Shown: positions 19,677-30,125 of the stretch, one piece after another
Numbering within the stretch: the first letter of the stretch is position 1
How the letters are laid out: each line of letters begins with the position of its first letter
Origin: Chloroflexota bacterium
GTDB taxonomy: Bacteria > Chloroflexota > Dormibacteria > Dormibacterales > Dormibacteraceae
Length of the DNA stretch: 64,000 bases
Assembly: GCA_005880945.1 (NCBI GenBank)
Contig: VBIU01000082.1
Location: forward strand, 1,505-65,504
Direction: 5' to 3'
Program-made: the position numbers and the translations under genes
Notes under the pieces: generated by a model
The model's input: the letters and a program-made list of their open reading frames with translations, nothing else
Database searches by the model: none
Told to the model about the DNA's origin: nothing

Positions 19677-21319
19677 CGGCTCATCGGGATGTGGACGCCA
19701 CGCTCGTTCGCGACATCGATCGCGCGCTGGTAGCCGGCGTCGGCATGCCGCATGACGCCGGTCCCGGGGTCGTTCGTGAGGACGCGCTCGAGCTTTCGCG
19801 CCGCCTCATCGGTGCCATCCGCAACGACCACCATCCCCGCATGGATCGAACGGCCGATGCCGACCCCCCCGCCATGGTGGACGCTCACCCAGGAGGCACC
19901 GCTCGACGTGTTCAGCAGGGCATTCAGGATCGGCCAGTCGGCGATCGCATCTGAGCCGTCGAGCATCGCCTCCGTCTCGCGGTAAGGAGATGCGACCGAG
20001 CCCGAGTCGAGATGGTCGCGACCGATCACGATCGGCGCTTTGACGGCGCCAGACCGGACAAGCTCGTTGAAAAGCAGACCAGCGCGCGAACGCTCGCCGT
20101 AACCGAGCCAGCAGATACGGGCCGGCAAGCCCTGGAAGCTGACCCGCTCGCCGGCAGCGGTGATCCAGCGCACTAACGCCGCGTCGTCTGAGAATTCCTC
20201 GACGATTGCGCGATCCGTGACCGCGATGTCGGCCGGATCGCCCGATAGAGCAGCCCACCGGAACGGGCCTTTGCCCTCGCAGAAAAGCGGCCTGATGTAC
20301 GCGGGCACGAAACCCGGGAACTCGAACGCGCGCTCGGAGCCCCCCAGCCGAGCCTCCGCGCGCAGGCTGTTGCCGTAATCGAACACCTCCGCGCCATGGT
20401 CGAGAAAATCGACCATCGCATCGACGTGACGGGCCATGCTCTCGCGAGCGCGCTTCACGTACACCACGGGATCGTCGAGCCGGAGCTCCTGCGCGTCCTC
20501 GGGGCTTAGCCCCGCCGGGATGTAGCTCAGCGGATCGTGCGCCGGGGTCTGGTCGGTGACGATGTCGACGTCGAAACCGCGGGCCGCCAGCGCCGGCAGC
20601 ACTTCAGCCGCGTTGCCGTGCAATCCGATGGATAGAGCGCGCTTCGCGATCTTCGCCTCTGTCGCCAGCTGCAGCGCGTGCTCGAGGTTGTCAGCGCGAG
20701 CGTCCAGGTAGCGGTGCTCGAGGCGGCGCTTGATGCGCTCGTCATCCGCCTCGACGCAGATCGCGACGCCGCCGTTGAGGGCGATCGCCAGCGGCTGCGC
20801 GCCGCCCATGCCGCCGAGGCCCGCGGTCAGGGTGACGGTCCCAGCCAGCGACCCATGAAATCGTTTTCGGGCGATTGCGGCGAAAGTTTCGTAGGTGCCC
20901 TGCAGGATGCCCTGCGTGCCGATGTAGATCCAGGAGCCCGCCGTCATCTGCCCGTACATCGTCAGCCCGAGGGCCTCGAGGCGCCGGAACTCGTCCCACG
21001 TCGCCCACTCCGGCACGAGCATCGAGTTGGAGATGAGTACCCGCGGCGCCCATTCGTGAGTGTCGAAAACCCCAACCGGCTTACCTGACTGAACCAGGAG
21101 CGTCTGGTCGCCTTTCAACACTGTGAGCTCGCGAACGATGGCGTCGAAGGCTTCCCACGACCGCGCCGCCCGGCCGGTGCCGCCATAGACGACGAGATCT
21201 TCGGGCCGCTCGGCGACCTCGGGGTCCAGGTTGTTCATCAGCATTCGCATCGCGGCTTCCTGCGCCCACCCCAGACAGGTGAGCGTTGAACCGCGTGGAG
21301 CGCGAACGGTTCGGGTCAT
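19673..21319 (-). CDS. hutU: urocanate hydratase
   Basis: [34 protein letters not shown]; start at [10 protein letters not shown]. Confidence 0.96.
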   Translation of the reverse strand: MTRTVRAPRGSTLTCLGWAQEAAMRMLMNNLDPEVAERPEDLVVYGGTGRAARSWEAFDAIVRELTVLKGDQTLLVQSGKPVGVFDTHEWAPRVLISNSMLVPEWATWDEFRRLEALGLTMYGQMTAGSWIYIGTQGILQGTYETFAAIARKRFHGSLAGTVTLTAGLGGMGGAQPLAIALNGGVAICVEADDERIKRRLEHRYLDARADNLEHALQLATEAKIAKRALSIGLHGNAAEVLPALAARGFDVDIVTDQTPAHDPLSYIPAGLSPEDAQELRLDDPVVYVKRARESMARHVDAMVDFLDHGAEVFDYGNSLRAEARLGGSERAFEFPGFVPAYIRPLFCEGKGPFRWAALSGDPADIAVTDRAIVEEFSDDAALVRWITAAGERVSFQGLPARICWLGYGERSRAGLLFNELVRSGAVKAPIVIGRDHLDSGSVASPYRETEAMLDGSDAIADWPILNALLNTSSGASWVSVHHGGGVGIGRSIHAGMVVVADGTDEAARKLERVLTNDPGTGVMRHADAGYQRAIDVANERGVHIPMSR

Positions 21320-22848
21320 CTCAGCCTGCCGATCACCGCCTCGGCCGCCTCGACCACCGCGCCGCTCCGCACGAGAGCTTCGGCGGCCGCCAGCTCTGGA
21401 GACAGGACTCGGTCCGGGCCCGGGCCGCCGACGTGCTTGCGCACGAGGTCGCGAACCGCGGCCGTCGCCGGCGCCGGCTTCAGCGGGGCGCGGAGGTCGA
21501 GCGCGCGAGAGGCGGCCGTCAATTCGACGGCAAGGATGTGAGTCAGGTTGTCGAGCACCGCGCGGAGCTTCAAGGCTGCGCCCCAACCCATCGAGACGTG
21601 GTCCTCCTGCATCCCGGAGGTCGGGATGGAGTCGACGCTGGCGGGCGCGGCCAAGCGCCGGTTCTCCGCCACCAGGGCGGCTGCCGTGTACTGAGCGACC
21701 ATCAGGCCGGAGTTGACCCCCGGCTCTTCGGCCAGGAAAGGCGGCAAGCCCTCAGAGCGGTGGGGATCCAGAAGCCGATCGAGCCGGCGCTCGGAAATCG
21801 ACCCGACCTCAGCGGCCGCGATGGCCAGGAAGTCGGCGGCGAATGCCAGAGGCTCTCCGTGAAAGTTGCCGGTGGACTCGACATCGCCGTTTTCGAGCAC
21901 GACGGGGTTGTCGACCACCGACGCAAGCTCGATGGCAGCGGTGCGGCGCGCAAAATCGAGGGTGTCGCGCGCGGCGCCCGCCACCTGCGGGCTGCACCGG
22001 ACCGAGTACGAGTCCTGGACCGCGTGGTGCGAACGGCGGTGTGACGACACGATTCCCGAGCCGCTGAGCAGCTTGGCGAGGTTGGCGGCGCTCGCCACCT
22101 GGCCGGCGTGGGGTCGGATCTCGTGCAGCTGCGCCTGGAAAGTGCGGTCGGTGCCCAGCAGCGCTTCCGCGGACATGGCCGCGGTGATGTCCGCCGTCCG
22201 GAAGCAGCGCTCGGCGTCGGCGCACGCGAGCGCGAGCATGCCCAGCATGCCGTCGGTCCCGTTGATAAGGGACAAGCCCTCCTTCGTTTCGAGCTTCAAC
22301 GGCTTCAGCTTTGCCGCCTTGAGAGCCTGAAGGGCAGGCCTCGTGGCGCCGTCGGCATCGGTGACCTCGCCTTCGCCGACCAGGGCCAGCGCGATGTGGG
22401 CCAATGGGGCGAGGTCTCCACTGCAGCCGACCGAGCCGTGCCTCGGCACAACCGGAGTGATCCGAGAGTTGAGCAGGGCGATCAACGCTTCGGCCAGGAC
22501 CGGCCGGACCCCCGAGAGACCCATGGAAAGAGTTCGCGCCCTCAGCAGCATGGTCGCGCGGACCACCTCGTTCTCGACCGGTTGGCCCATGCCGGCCGCA
22601 TGGGAGCGGATCAGCGCCAGCTGGAGCTCGGGCTGCCGGAGCGGGGCCACCCTGGTGCCGGCCAGGGCGCCGAAACCTGTCGAAACCCCGTAGACGGGCT
22701 CGCGTGAGGCCGCAGCACGCTCGACGCGCGTCCTGCTGCGCTCCATCCGGGCTCGCGCCGAAGCCGACAGGGCGACCTGCTCGCCGTGACGAGCCACGGC
22801 CACGACCTGCTCCTCGCCCAGGCCGGCGCCCCGCAACGTGACTGTCAC
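21316..22848 (-). CDS. hutH: histidine ammonia-lyase
   Basis: [35 protein letters not shown]. Confidence 0.95.
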   Translation of the reverse strand: MTVTLRGAGLGEEQVVAVARHGEQVALSASARARMERSRTRVERAAASREPVYGVSTGFGALAGTRVAPLRQPELQLALIRSHAAGMGQPVENEVVRATMLLRARTLSMGLSGVRPVLAEALIALLNSRITPVVPRHGSVGCSGDLAPLAHIALALVGEGEVTDADGATRPALQALKAAKLKPLKLETKEGLSLINGTDGMLGMLALACADAERCFRTADITAAMSAEALLGTDRTFQAQLHEIRPHAGQVASAANLAKLLSGSGIVSSHRRSHHAVQDSYSVRCSPQVAGAARDTLDFARRTAAIELASVVDNPVVLENGDVESTGNFHGEPLAFAADFLAIAAAEVGSISERRLDRLLDPHRSEGLPPFLAEEPGVNSGLMVAQYTAAALVAENRRLAAPASVDSIPTSGMQEDHVSMGWGAALKLRAVLDNLTHILAVELTAASRALDLRAPLKPAPATAAVRDLVRKHVGGPGPDRVLSPELAAAEALVRSGAVVEAAEAVIGRLR

Positions 22849-22858
22849 AGGTGGAAGG

Positions 22859-23614
22859 CTAGCGACTCACTGTCCGCGCCGGGCTGGCGGCACCTCCTCC
22901 CCTGCGGGGAGAGGGCTGGGTAGCGGGGCGTAAGCGGGCAATGTTCTTGATCGCCTCTCGCCGGCTCAAGCCGCTCATCCGAGCTGCGTTCGCCGCGACG
23001 TAGAGGGCTACCTCATCGGGATCCGTCCACGCGTAAGACCTGAGCGCCCAGCCGATGGCCTTGCGGATGAAGAAGTTGCGTTCTGCGAGGTTGGGATCGA
23101 TGTTGGCGTAGAGGAGATCGAGGTCGGTGTCCTTCTTGAATGAGATCTGGCAGATGATCGAGACCCGTCTCTTCCACATGTCTTTGTCGGTGCTCCAGGC
23201 GCGCATCACCGGCCGCATCTCATCCGGATGGGCGCGAAGGAGATCGCCGACGAGATGCGCGATCCCATCGACGTAGTCCCACCACGCTCCAGTCACGATC
23301 ATCTCTTCATATAGCGGCAGCACGTCCGGCCTGCGGCAGTCTCGATGAAGCCGGTGAGCGAGCAGCTCGATGGCGGCATACCGCTCCTCGCGAAACCTCG
23401 CTCCGCGCCAAAGGTCGAGGACGGCCGCGTGCCATTCCTCGCAGGATGCGAGCGGGTGGCCGGCGAAGACGCGCCTGGAGATGGCTCTCATGTCCGGCGC
23501 GGTGATACCTCGGTATGGCATCTCGGATTTCATGTACGCCTGCATGCCCGGAGCGCGCCCCGGATTCGCACCGGCCTCCAGGGCAGATCTCATCGCATTC
23601 CCGAGCGCGGTCAT
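22859..23614 (-). CDS. AlkD-like DNA alkylation repair protein
   Basis: MQAYMKSEMPYRG, WWDYVD, FFIRKAIGWALR. Confidence 0.85.
   Translation of the reverse strand: MTALGNAMRSALEAGANPGRAPGMQAYMKSEMPYRGITAPDMRAISRRVFAGHPLASCEEWHAAVLDLWRGARFREERYAAIELLAHRLHRDCRRPDVLPLYEEMIVTGAWWDYVDGIAHLVGDLLRAHPDEMRPVMRAWSTDKDMWKRRVSIICQISFKKDTDLDLLYANIDPNLAERNFFIRKAIGWALRSYAWTDPDEVALYVAANAARMSGLSRREAIKNIARLRPATQPSPRRGGGAASPARTVSR
22893..22930 (+). repeat. REP-like palindromic element, copy 1
   Basis: CTCCCC-TGC-GGGGAGAGGGCTGGGTAGCGGGGCG, similar to the copies at 56504-56594. Confidence 0.6.
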
Positions 23615-24072
23615 GGCGCCGGGATGTATCGCGCGCCGACCGGCGAACCGTCTTCAGCCTCGACCACCCAGGTCGAGCCTTTGTCGAGCTCCGTCTGAGA
23701 CGCCTTTAGGATGCGCCGCCGGATCAGCTCTTCGACCAGCTCCTGCACCACGTCGCCGTGCGTGCACAGGACGACGTCGTCCAGGTTTGGGTCGCCGAGG
23801 AATCGTAACGCTCCCTTCAACCCGGCGCCCTCGGCCAGCTGCCGGGTCTCCTGCACCGCCAACCTCCGCGCCCGGGCCAGGGGTTCGACGGTCTGGACGC
23901 ACCGAACGTACGGGCTCGAGATGATGGCCGAGATCGCGTACGGCCCCATTACCGACACCAGCGCCTCGGCCTGTTTGAAACCGCTCTTGCTGAGTGGGCG
24001 CTTGCGATCGTCGTCCTCCCAATGACTGCGACTGCCGGCCTTGGCGTGCCGCACCACATAGAACGTCGACAT
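23611..24072 (-). CDS. SixA-like histidine phosphatase family protein
   Basis: VRHAKAG, RPLS, SSPYVRCVQT, CTHG. Confidence 0.85.
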   Translation of the reverse strand: MSTFYVVRHAKAGSRSHWEDDDRKRPLSKSGFKQAEALVSVMGPYAISAIISSPYVRCVQTVEPLARARRLAVQETRQLAEGAGLKGALRFLGDPNLDDVVLCTHGDVVQELVEELIRRRILKASQTELDKGSTWVVEAEDGSPVGARYIPAP

Positions 24073-24088
24073 TCAGCTTGTCAACGCG

Positions 24089-25594
24089 TCAGGGCATCCA
24101 ATCGCGCAGGCTCTTGCGACCGAGAGATTTCCAGACCTTCGGCCATTTCTTGCGGGCGTCTTCGGCGGCGAGGTGCTCCACGGCGATCAGCTCTCCCGCC
24201 ACGAATGCGCGGCGGCCGCTGATACGAGTCCCGCGAAGCCAGGCCTGAGCCGTGACGCTGTCCTGGTGCTCGCCGAGAATGGTCTGAAGCTTGGCCGCGT
24301 ACCGGGCGAACGATGTGGCGCCTGCACCGACGACAGGCGCGACGGCTTCAGCTGCGTAACGCGCGCGTTTGGCCAGGATCCGGATGCGATGCAGGTCGGC
24401 GTCTGCCGGCGGATCGGGCAGATTCTTGACTGCGGAGCGGAGGCGGCGCCAAGGACCGGTGGCGAGCAGGGGAAGCACGGACGAAGCGGGCTGATCGGCC
24501 TCCGGCAATGCGGCCGGCGCGTGCGCCGCATCGACGAGCCTCTCCAGGAGATCCACGTAGCGGGTGGAGTCCAGGTCGGCGAGCAGCTTCTTACGAAGGC
24601 CTTCGATCTCCACCTCCAGCAGGTGAAGGACGCCGACCGCGGACCGCAGGTCGTTGGCCGGGAGCGACTTCGCCCGCTCGCGCAGCCGCTCGAGCAGCAC
24701 CTCCTTGTCTCGCACGGCGCCAAGGCCGAGCGCCAGCCAGCCGAGCTCGGATCGCAGCGGGTCGATCCATTCCGGGTCGAGCAGCGGCCCGAAGGTTCTT
24801 AGATGCGACCTCAGTTTTCGAGTCGCCACGCGCGCCTGGTGGACTGCCTCCGGATCGGGACTCGTCCGCACGAGCGGGTCGTGATAGAGCAGCGCTGCGA
24901 CGGATTGTGCGATGACGCTGCGGATCACGTCCCGCGCCGGCGAGGCTGGCTCGACGACCATCGGCGCCACCTCCGGCGGTTCCATCGCGCGAGGGCCCAG
25001 GGCCCTGATGTGCTTGGGAGTCGGGTCTGGAGCGCCCGCCCCCGCGGTGCGCAAGCGGGCCACCAGAGGCGCCACGATGCCGCTGCCGTTCTCTCCGCCT
25101 TGGGCGACCTCGACCTCGATCTCGCGGAAGCGAGCGGCGACTCGCCGACCGTCTCTTACCGACACCTCATCGTCGACGACCTCGGCCAGCGGCCTGCCCG
25201 AGCCGTCGAGCAACCTGACGCGCCGGCGGACCGTCGACAGCCGCGCGACCGGGATGAGCTGGGCCTTGCGGACGTATGCGCGCACGACTGCCACTGCCCC
25301 AGGGGGCGGCTTCTTTGCGCCACCCTGGAACGTGAGCTCGTCGCGTTCGAGGAGAGCTGGGTTCAAGCCGTCGCCCGATGCATGCCTCGGGGGGAGCTTG
25401 AGCGTCCACCCTTCGCCTGCCCTATGGCGCAAGGAGACCCCCCAGCGCGCGAGGCGGAGGTCGGGAGTGTCGTAGTAGACGGTCTCGAGCCGAACCGCCT
25501 CGGGAGGCGAGACCGTGACGCCGTCCACGACCCCGTTCAGGTCGGGGAGGTGAAACGCCGGTCCGGCGCCGAGCTTTACCTCACGCTCGAGCAT
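24089..25594 (-). CDS. CYTH and CHAD domain-containing protein
   Basis: EREVK, YYDTPDLRL, EIEVE; VHQARVATRKLRS, LHRIRILAKRARY. Confidence 0.9.
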   Translation of the reverse strand: MLEREVKLGAGPAFHLPDLNGVVDGVTVSPPEAVRLETVYYDTPDLRLARWGVSLRHRAGEGWTLKLPPRHASGDGLNPALLERDELTFQGGAKKPPPGAVAVVRAYVRKAQLIPVARLSTVRRRVRLLDGSGRPLAEVVDDEVSVRDGRRVAARFREIEVEVAQGGENGSGIVAPLVARLRTAGAGAPDPTPKHIRALGPRAMEPPEVAPMVVEPASPARDVIRSVIAQSVAALLYHDPLVRTSPDPEAVHQARVATRKLRSHLRTFGPLLDPEWIDPLRSELGWLALGLGAVRDKEVLLERLRERAKSLPANDLRSAVGVLHLLEVEIEGLRKKLLADLDSTRYVDLLERLVDAAHAPAALPEADQPASSVLPLLATGPWRRLRSAVKNLPDPPADADLHRIRILAKRARYAAEAVAPVVGAGATSFARYAAKLQTILGEHQDSVTAQAWLRGTRISGRRAFVAGELIAVEHLAAEDARKKWPKVWKSLGRKSLRDWMP

Positions 25595-27701
25595 GCGGGA
25601 CGCCGTTGACCACCCCGTTGCCGCGTGCGCTCTCTAGCGCGAGCTCCTGGAAGCGCCTGTGAGAGTTGAACCCGCGGACTGTGGGCACGCGCCGCCACGA
25701 CCCATCCGGGCAGAGCTCCCATGCAAGCACGTCATCGGCGAGCAATGTTTCGAAGATCTGCGACAGCCGCTCGCAGAGCTTGATGTCAGTCACTGGTACA
25801 ACCGCCTCCACGCGGCGGTCGAGGTTTCGCGGCATCAGGTCTGACGAACCCAGGTAGTACTCGGGTTCGGCATTGCCGAAGCTGAAGATGCGCGAGTGCT
25901 CGAGGAATCTTCCGACGATCGAGCGCACCCTGATGCGTTCCGACAGCCCGGGAACTCCAGGCCGTAGCGAGCACATGCTCCGCACGATGAGGTCGACCTG
26001 AGCGCCGGCCTGAGACGCGGCGTAAAGCGCGTCGATGATCTCGGGATCTACCAGGTTGTTGACCTTGATGATGATCCGGCCCCCGACCACGCTTTCGCGT
26101 TCTATGAGCTGCCTGATTCCCGAGCGCAGGCTCGTCGGCGCGACCAGCAGCTTGCGATAGCGATGCTGGCGGCTATAACCGGTCAGGAGGTTGAACAGCT
26201 CGGTGACGTCCGCGCCAAGGTCCGCGTCTGACGAGAGCAGGCTGACGTCCTCGTAAAGGTGGGCGGTGCTCGGGTTGTAGTTGCCGGTGCCGACGTGAAG
26301 GTAGTGCTGGATGTGCCGGCCCTCGCGCCTGACCACCAGGGTCACCTTGGCGTGGGTCTTCAACCCGACCAACCCGTACACCACGTGCACGTTGGCTTCC
26401 TCGAGGGCGCGGGCCCACGTGATGTTGGCCTGCTCGTCGCCGCGAGCCTTCAGCTCCACCAGCGCGACGACCTGCTTACCTGCCTCGGCGGCACGGATCA
26501 GCGCGCGCACGATTGGGCTTGCTGGGCCCGAGGTCCGGTACAGCGTCTGTTTGATCGCGAGCACGTTCGGGTCGCTCGCGGCGTGGTCGATGAACGCTTC
26601 GACCGACGTTGCGAAAGAGTCGTAGGGATGGTGCGCGAGCAGGTCGCCCGACCGCAGGACGGCGAACAGGTCTGGTACTTCGACGCCCAGGCCACGAAGT
26701 CGCGGTTGCGTGGTCGGAGTCCACGGCTCCTCTTTGAGGTCCGGGCGATCGAGCTGCGAGAGCACGACCAGGCTGCCGAGATCGAGCAGGCCTTTCGCCT
26801 GGTATACGTCGCTCGGCTGAAGCTCCAGCTCGCGCGTCAGAAGCTCGAGGACCTCGGCGGACATGCCCGGATCGACCTCGAGGCGCACCACGCGCGCGTG
26901 GCGCCGCCGGCGTCGAAGCTCCGTCTGGATCGCGGCAAGCAGGTCCTCGGCATCGCTGTCGATCTCGTCAAGGTCACCGTCGCGCGTGACGCGGAACGGG
27001 TGATGGGCGACGATCTCCATGCCCGGGAACAACGCCTGCATGTGCAGGGCGATGACGTCCTCGAGCGGCACGTAGCGGCGGCCTTCCACAAGTGGGATGA
27101 ACCGGGGCAGCACCGGCGGCACCTTGACCCGCGCGAACCGCTGCTGGTGGCGCTGAGGATCGCGGACCATGACCGCAAGGTTCAGCGACAGGTGCGAGAT
27201 GTATGGGAAGGGATGGCCCGGGTCGACCGCCAGGGGAGTGAGCACCGGAAAGATCTGCTGGCGGAAGACTGTGTGGAGCTGGCTCAGCTCTTTCTTGGTC
27301 ACCTCATCGGCGCGCACGATCACGATGCCCGCTTCTGCAAGCTCCGGAACGATGACTTCATTGAAGAGCGTGACCTGCCGGTCGACCAGGCTCTCGACAC
27401 GAGCCCGGATAGAGCGGAGCTGCTCCAGTGGGGACATGCCGTCGGGCGAAGCAGCCGCCACGGCCGCCAGGACCTGCTCCTTCAAGCCGGCGACCCGGAC
27501 CTGGAAGAAGTCGTCGAGGTTCTGGCTGAAGATCGCCAGGAAACGAACCCGCTCCAAAAGGGGCAGCTTGGGGTCCTCCGCCATGGCGAGGACACGCTCG
27601 TCGAAGTCGAGTCGGGACAGCTCCCGGTTGAGGTAGCGGGGCGCCTCCGGGACCGGATTCGGGCCTGCCTGATCCGAGTCCGTCTGGACCCCCACCACCA
27701 T
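25581..27701 (-). CDS. ppk1: polyphosphate kinase 1
   Basis: YLNRELS, HHPYDSF, LKTHAK, GRFLEHSR, RNLDRRVE. Confidence 0.96.
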   Translation of the reverse strand: MVVGVQTDSDQAGPNPVPEAPRYLNRELSRLDFDERVLAMAEDPKLPLLERVRFLAIFSQNLDDFFQVRVAGLKEQVLAAVAAASPDGMSPLEQLRSIRARVESLVDRQVTLFNEVIVPELAEAGIVIVRADEVTKKELSQLHTVFRQQIFPVLTPLAVDPGHPFPYISHLSLNLAVMVRDPQRHQQRFARVKVPPVLPRFIPLVEGRRYVPLEDVIALHMQALFPGMEIVAHHPFRVTRDGDLDEIDSDAEDLLAAIQTELRRRRRHARVVRLEVDPGMSAEVLELLTRELELQPSDVYQAKGLLDLGSLVVLSQLDRPDLKEEPWTPTTQPRLRGLGVEVPDLFAVLRSGDLLAHHPYDSFATSVEAFIDHAASDPNVLAIKQTLYRTSGPASPIVRALIRAAEAGKQVVALVELKARGDEQANITWARALEEANVHVVYGLVGLKTHAKVTLVVRREGRHIQHYLHVGTGNYNPSTAHLYEDVSLLSSDADLGADVTELFNLLTGYSRQHRYRKLLVAPTSLRSGIRQLIERESVVGGRIIIKVNNLVDPEIIDALYAASQAGAQVDLIVRSMCSLRPGVPGLSERIRVRSIVGRFLEHSRIFSFGNAEPEYYLGSSDLMPRNLDRRVEAVVPVTDIKLCERLSQIFETLLADDVLAWELCPDGSWRRVPTVRGFNSHRRFQELALESARGNGVVNGVPHARA

Positions 27702-27895
27702 GTCACGAACATTAGCGGTTGCCGACCGGAGGTAGGTTATCGGCCCGTTAACCTGCTCCCACCCCCGGCCGCCGGGCACCTTCGGCAGCGCGCCGGAAGG
27801 CCGCTTGCTAGCGATAATCTCCGCCTTTCCCGATCGGGACGCCTGTGCACCGCCCGAAGAGGTTGCCTGGCTACTGCAGGCCGTCTGGCAACACC

Positions 27896-29482
27896 TCAGA
27901 TGCCGCCGGCCAGATCGAGCCAGGCGCCCGAGTTGGGGGGCAGGCTGAGGCGGTCCGCGCGACGCCTCACCATCGGGTTCGTCGCGATGAGCAGGCGGCC
28001 GCGCGAAGACAGCTCGACGGGCCGGGCCAGGAAGTTGACGGCGACTCTGAAGGGGCCGCGCTCATAGACGAGGACACCTTCAGGCGCGGGACACCACTTG
28101 AAATCATTCGGCAGCGAGCCCGAGAGGGGCCGCCGCAATGCCAGCACGCGCTGATGGAAGACCAGCATCGACTCGGCCATGCCTGCCTGGGCGTCAACAG
28201 CGAAATCGTCCCAGCCCGCCGGCATCGGCAGCCACGGTGCCGCCTTCGAGAAGCCTGCGTTGGGTTGCCCCTTGTGCCACGGGAGCGGCACCCGGCAGCC
28301 GTCCCTACCCCGCTGCTTGCCCCCACTGTGGAAGAAAAACGGGTCCTGTCGGGCGTCGTCGGGTAGATTCACCTCCTCGAGTCCGAGCTCACCTCCCTGG
28401 TACAGGAACACTTGCCCAGGCAGCCCAAGCAGCAAAAGGAGCGCCGCGCGGGCGCGCTGGCGACCGACGAAGCCGCCCCCAAGTCGCGTGACCTGCCGGA
28501 CCACGTCGTGATTGGAGACCGTCCAGCTCGGCATCTGTCCGGGTCCGTGGAGTGCATGACGATCGACGTCGATCGAGCGCTTCCACAAAGATGCATCCCA
28601 TTTCGCACGGATGAGCGCGAATGCCATGTTGAGCTGGTCCGGCAGGATGTAGCGGGACTGCCGCTGGGGTTCAAAGATCTCGCCCACCAGCACGCGGTCC
28701 GGCCGGTAACCGTTGACTATCTCCCTCCATCGACGATAGACCTCGTGGACTGGGGGCTGGTCGATGATCGCGAAGGTCGCATCGGGCTTGGCTTGCCCCG
28801 TCATCGGATCCTTGACCATCGGCTGGTCGGCGAGGTCCTTGCGCTTGAACAGCGCGGAGGCGACGTCGATCCGATAGCCGTCGGCGCCGCGGTCGAGCCA
28901 GAACCTGAGGATCTTCTCGAACTCCTTGGGCACGTCGGGATTCCACCAGTTCAGGTCGGGCTGCTCTGGCGCGAAGAGGTGTAGGTACCACTGTCCGCTG
29001 CTCTCATCCTTCGTCCACGCCGGTCCGCCGAACGCCGACTCCCAGTTGTTGGGCGGCGATCCGTCCGGCTTTCCATCGGCGAAGTAATAGAGAGCTCGAT
29101 GCGGATCATCCGGCGAGGAGAGGGCCGCTCGGAACCACGGGTGCTGGTCGGACGTGTGGTTGGGAACGAGGTCGACAAGGACCTGCAGCCGTCGTTCGTG
29201 GGCGCTCTGGATGAGCTGGTCGAAGTCCTGGAGCGTCCCGTACTCGGGGTTGACGTCGTAGTAGTCGGCCACGTCGTAGCCGTGGTCCTTCTGCGGCGAG
29301 GGATAGAACGGAGTGACCCATATCGCGTCGACTCCCAGACGCTTGAGGTAATCGAGACGCGAGGTGACTCCCGGCAGGTCGCCAATGCCGTCGTCGTTCG
29401 AATCGGCGAAGCTTCGGACGTAGACCTCGTAGAAGACCGCGCCGCGCCACCACGGGCGCGTCCAACCCTCACCGCCCCTCAA
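27896..29482 (-). CDS. GH13 alpha-glucosidase-like hydrolase
   Basis: YEVYVRSFADS, DLVPNHTS, GYRIDVA, SNHD, RDGCRVP. Confidence 0.9.
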   Translation of the reverse strand: MRGGEGWTRPWWRGAVFYEVYVRSFADSNDDGIGDLPGVTSRLDYLKRLGVDAIWVTPFYPSPQKDHGYDVADYYDVNPEYGTLQDFDQLIQSAHERRLQVLVDLVPNHTSDQHPWFRAALSSPDDPHRALYYFADGKPDGSPPNNWESAFGGPAWTKDESSGQWYLHLFAPEQPDLNWWNPDVPKEFEKILRFWLDRGADGYRIDVASALFKRKDLADQPMVKDPMTGQAKPDATFAIIDQPPVHEVYRRWREIVNGYRPDRVLVGEIFEPQRQSRYILPDQLNMAFALIRAKWDASLWKRSIDVDRHALHGPGQMPSWTVSNHDVVRQVTRLGGGFVGRQRARAALLLLLGLPGQVFLYQGGELGLEEVNLPDDARQDPFFFHSGGKQRGRDGCRVPLPWHKGQPNAGFSKAAPWLPMPAGWDDFAVDAQAGMAESMLVFHQRVLALRRPLSGSLPNDFKWCPAPEGVLVYERGPFRVAVNFLARPVELSSRGRLLIATNPMVRRRADRLSLPPNSGAWLDLAGGI

Positions 29483-29492
29483 CGGCGGATCC

Positions 29493-30125
29493 TCAGCCGA
29501 CGTTGCGCTTCAACCAGTCATTCAGTGGCCCGGCATCGCTCCAGACCTTGACGATGTGCTTTCGCGCCGCGCTGCTGCCCAGCCAGGGCTGCAGCCCGAA
29601 GTTTTTGTAGATGTAGAGGATCTTGTGGCGCAGCAGGCGCGCCCTCGGATGGTCCTGCGGCCAGCCGGCCGGGACCCTCTTCAAGGCTTCCCCGCCGATC
29701 TCGTAACCCGCTTTCTCGAGCTTGGCCACGATGGCCGCAAGCGGCACGCCGGTCGAGTCGGCCGCAACCTTCTTTCGATACTTGACCACCTGCGGCGGCG
29801 TCATCTCGTAACGGCCGGCGGCCACTGTGAGGCCGCGGGCGTCGAGCGACAGGTAGCCCCCGCGGTCTCCCATCGCCGCATAGCCCGCGATGTTCGTCTT
29901 GTATGGCGACTTGTCTTTCGAAAAGCGGATGTCGCGATTGGGTCGGAAGATCTTCCCAGGCCCGTAATCCTTCTCGAGCGATTCCATCAGCGCCGCCATC
30001 GGCCCTTTGACCGCCTCTTCGTAGACCCGCCGGTTGGCCTCGAAGTAGCGCTTGGAGTTGTCGAGCTCGAGGCCGATGAAGAAACGCTGACAGTCCTCTG
30101 ACCAGCCGCGAAACGCTGCGGTCAT
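29493..30125 (-). CDS. DUF2461 family protein
   Basis: FRPNRDIRFSKDKSPYKT, LKRVPAG...HPRARLLRHK. Confidence 0.85.
   Translation of the reverse strand: MTAAFRGWSEDCQRFFIGLELDNSKRYFEANRRVYEEAVKGPMAALMESLEKDYGPGKIFRPNRDIRFSKDKSPYKTNIAGYAAMGDRGGYLSLDARGLTVAAGRYEMTPPQVVKYRKKVAADSTGVPLAAIVAKLEKAGYEIGGEALKRVPAGWPQDHPRARLLRHKILYIYKNFGLQPWLGSSAARKHIVKVWSDAGPLNDWLKRNVG

Noticed and set aside
26259..28067. Long antisense or alternate-frame ORFs (also 38298-39926, 53844-55136, 57415-58776)
   Set aside because: They shadow well-supported genes and are expected in high-GC DNA; no recognisable motifs.
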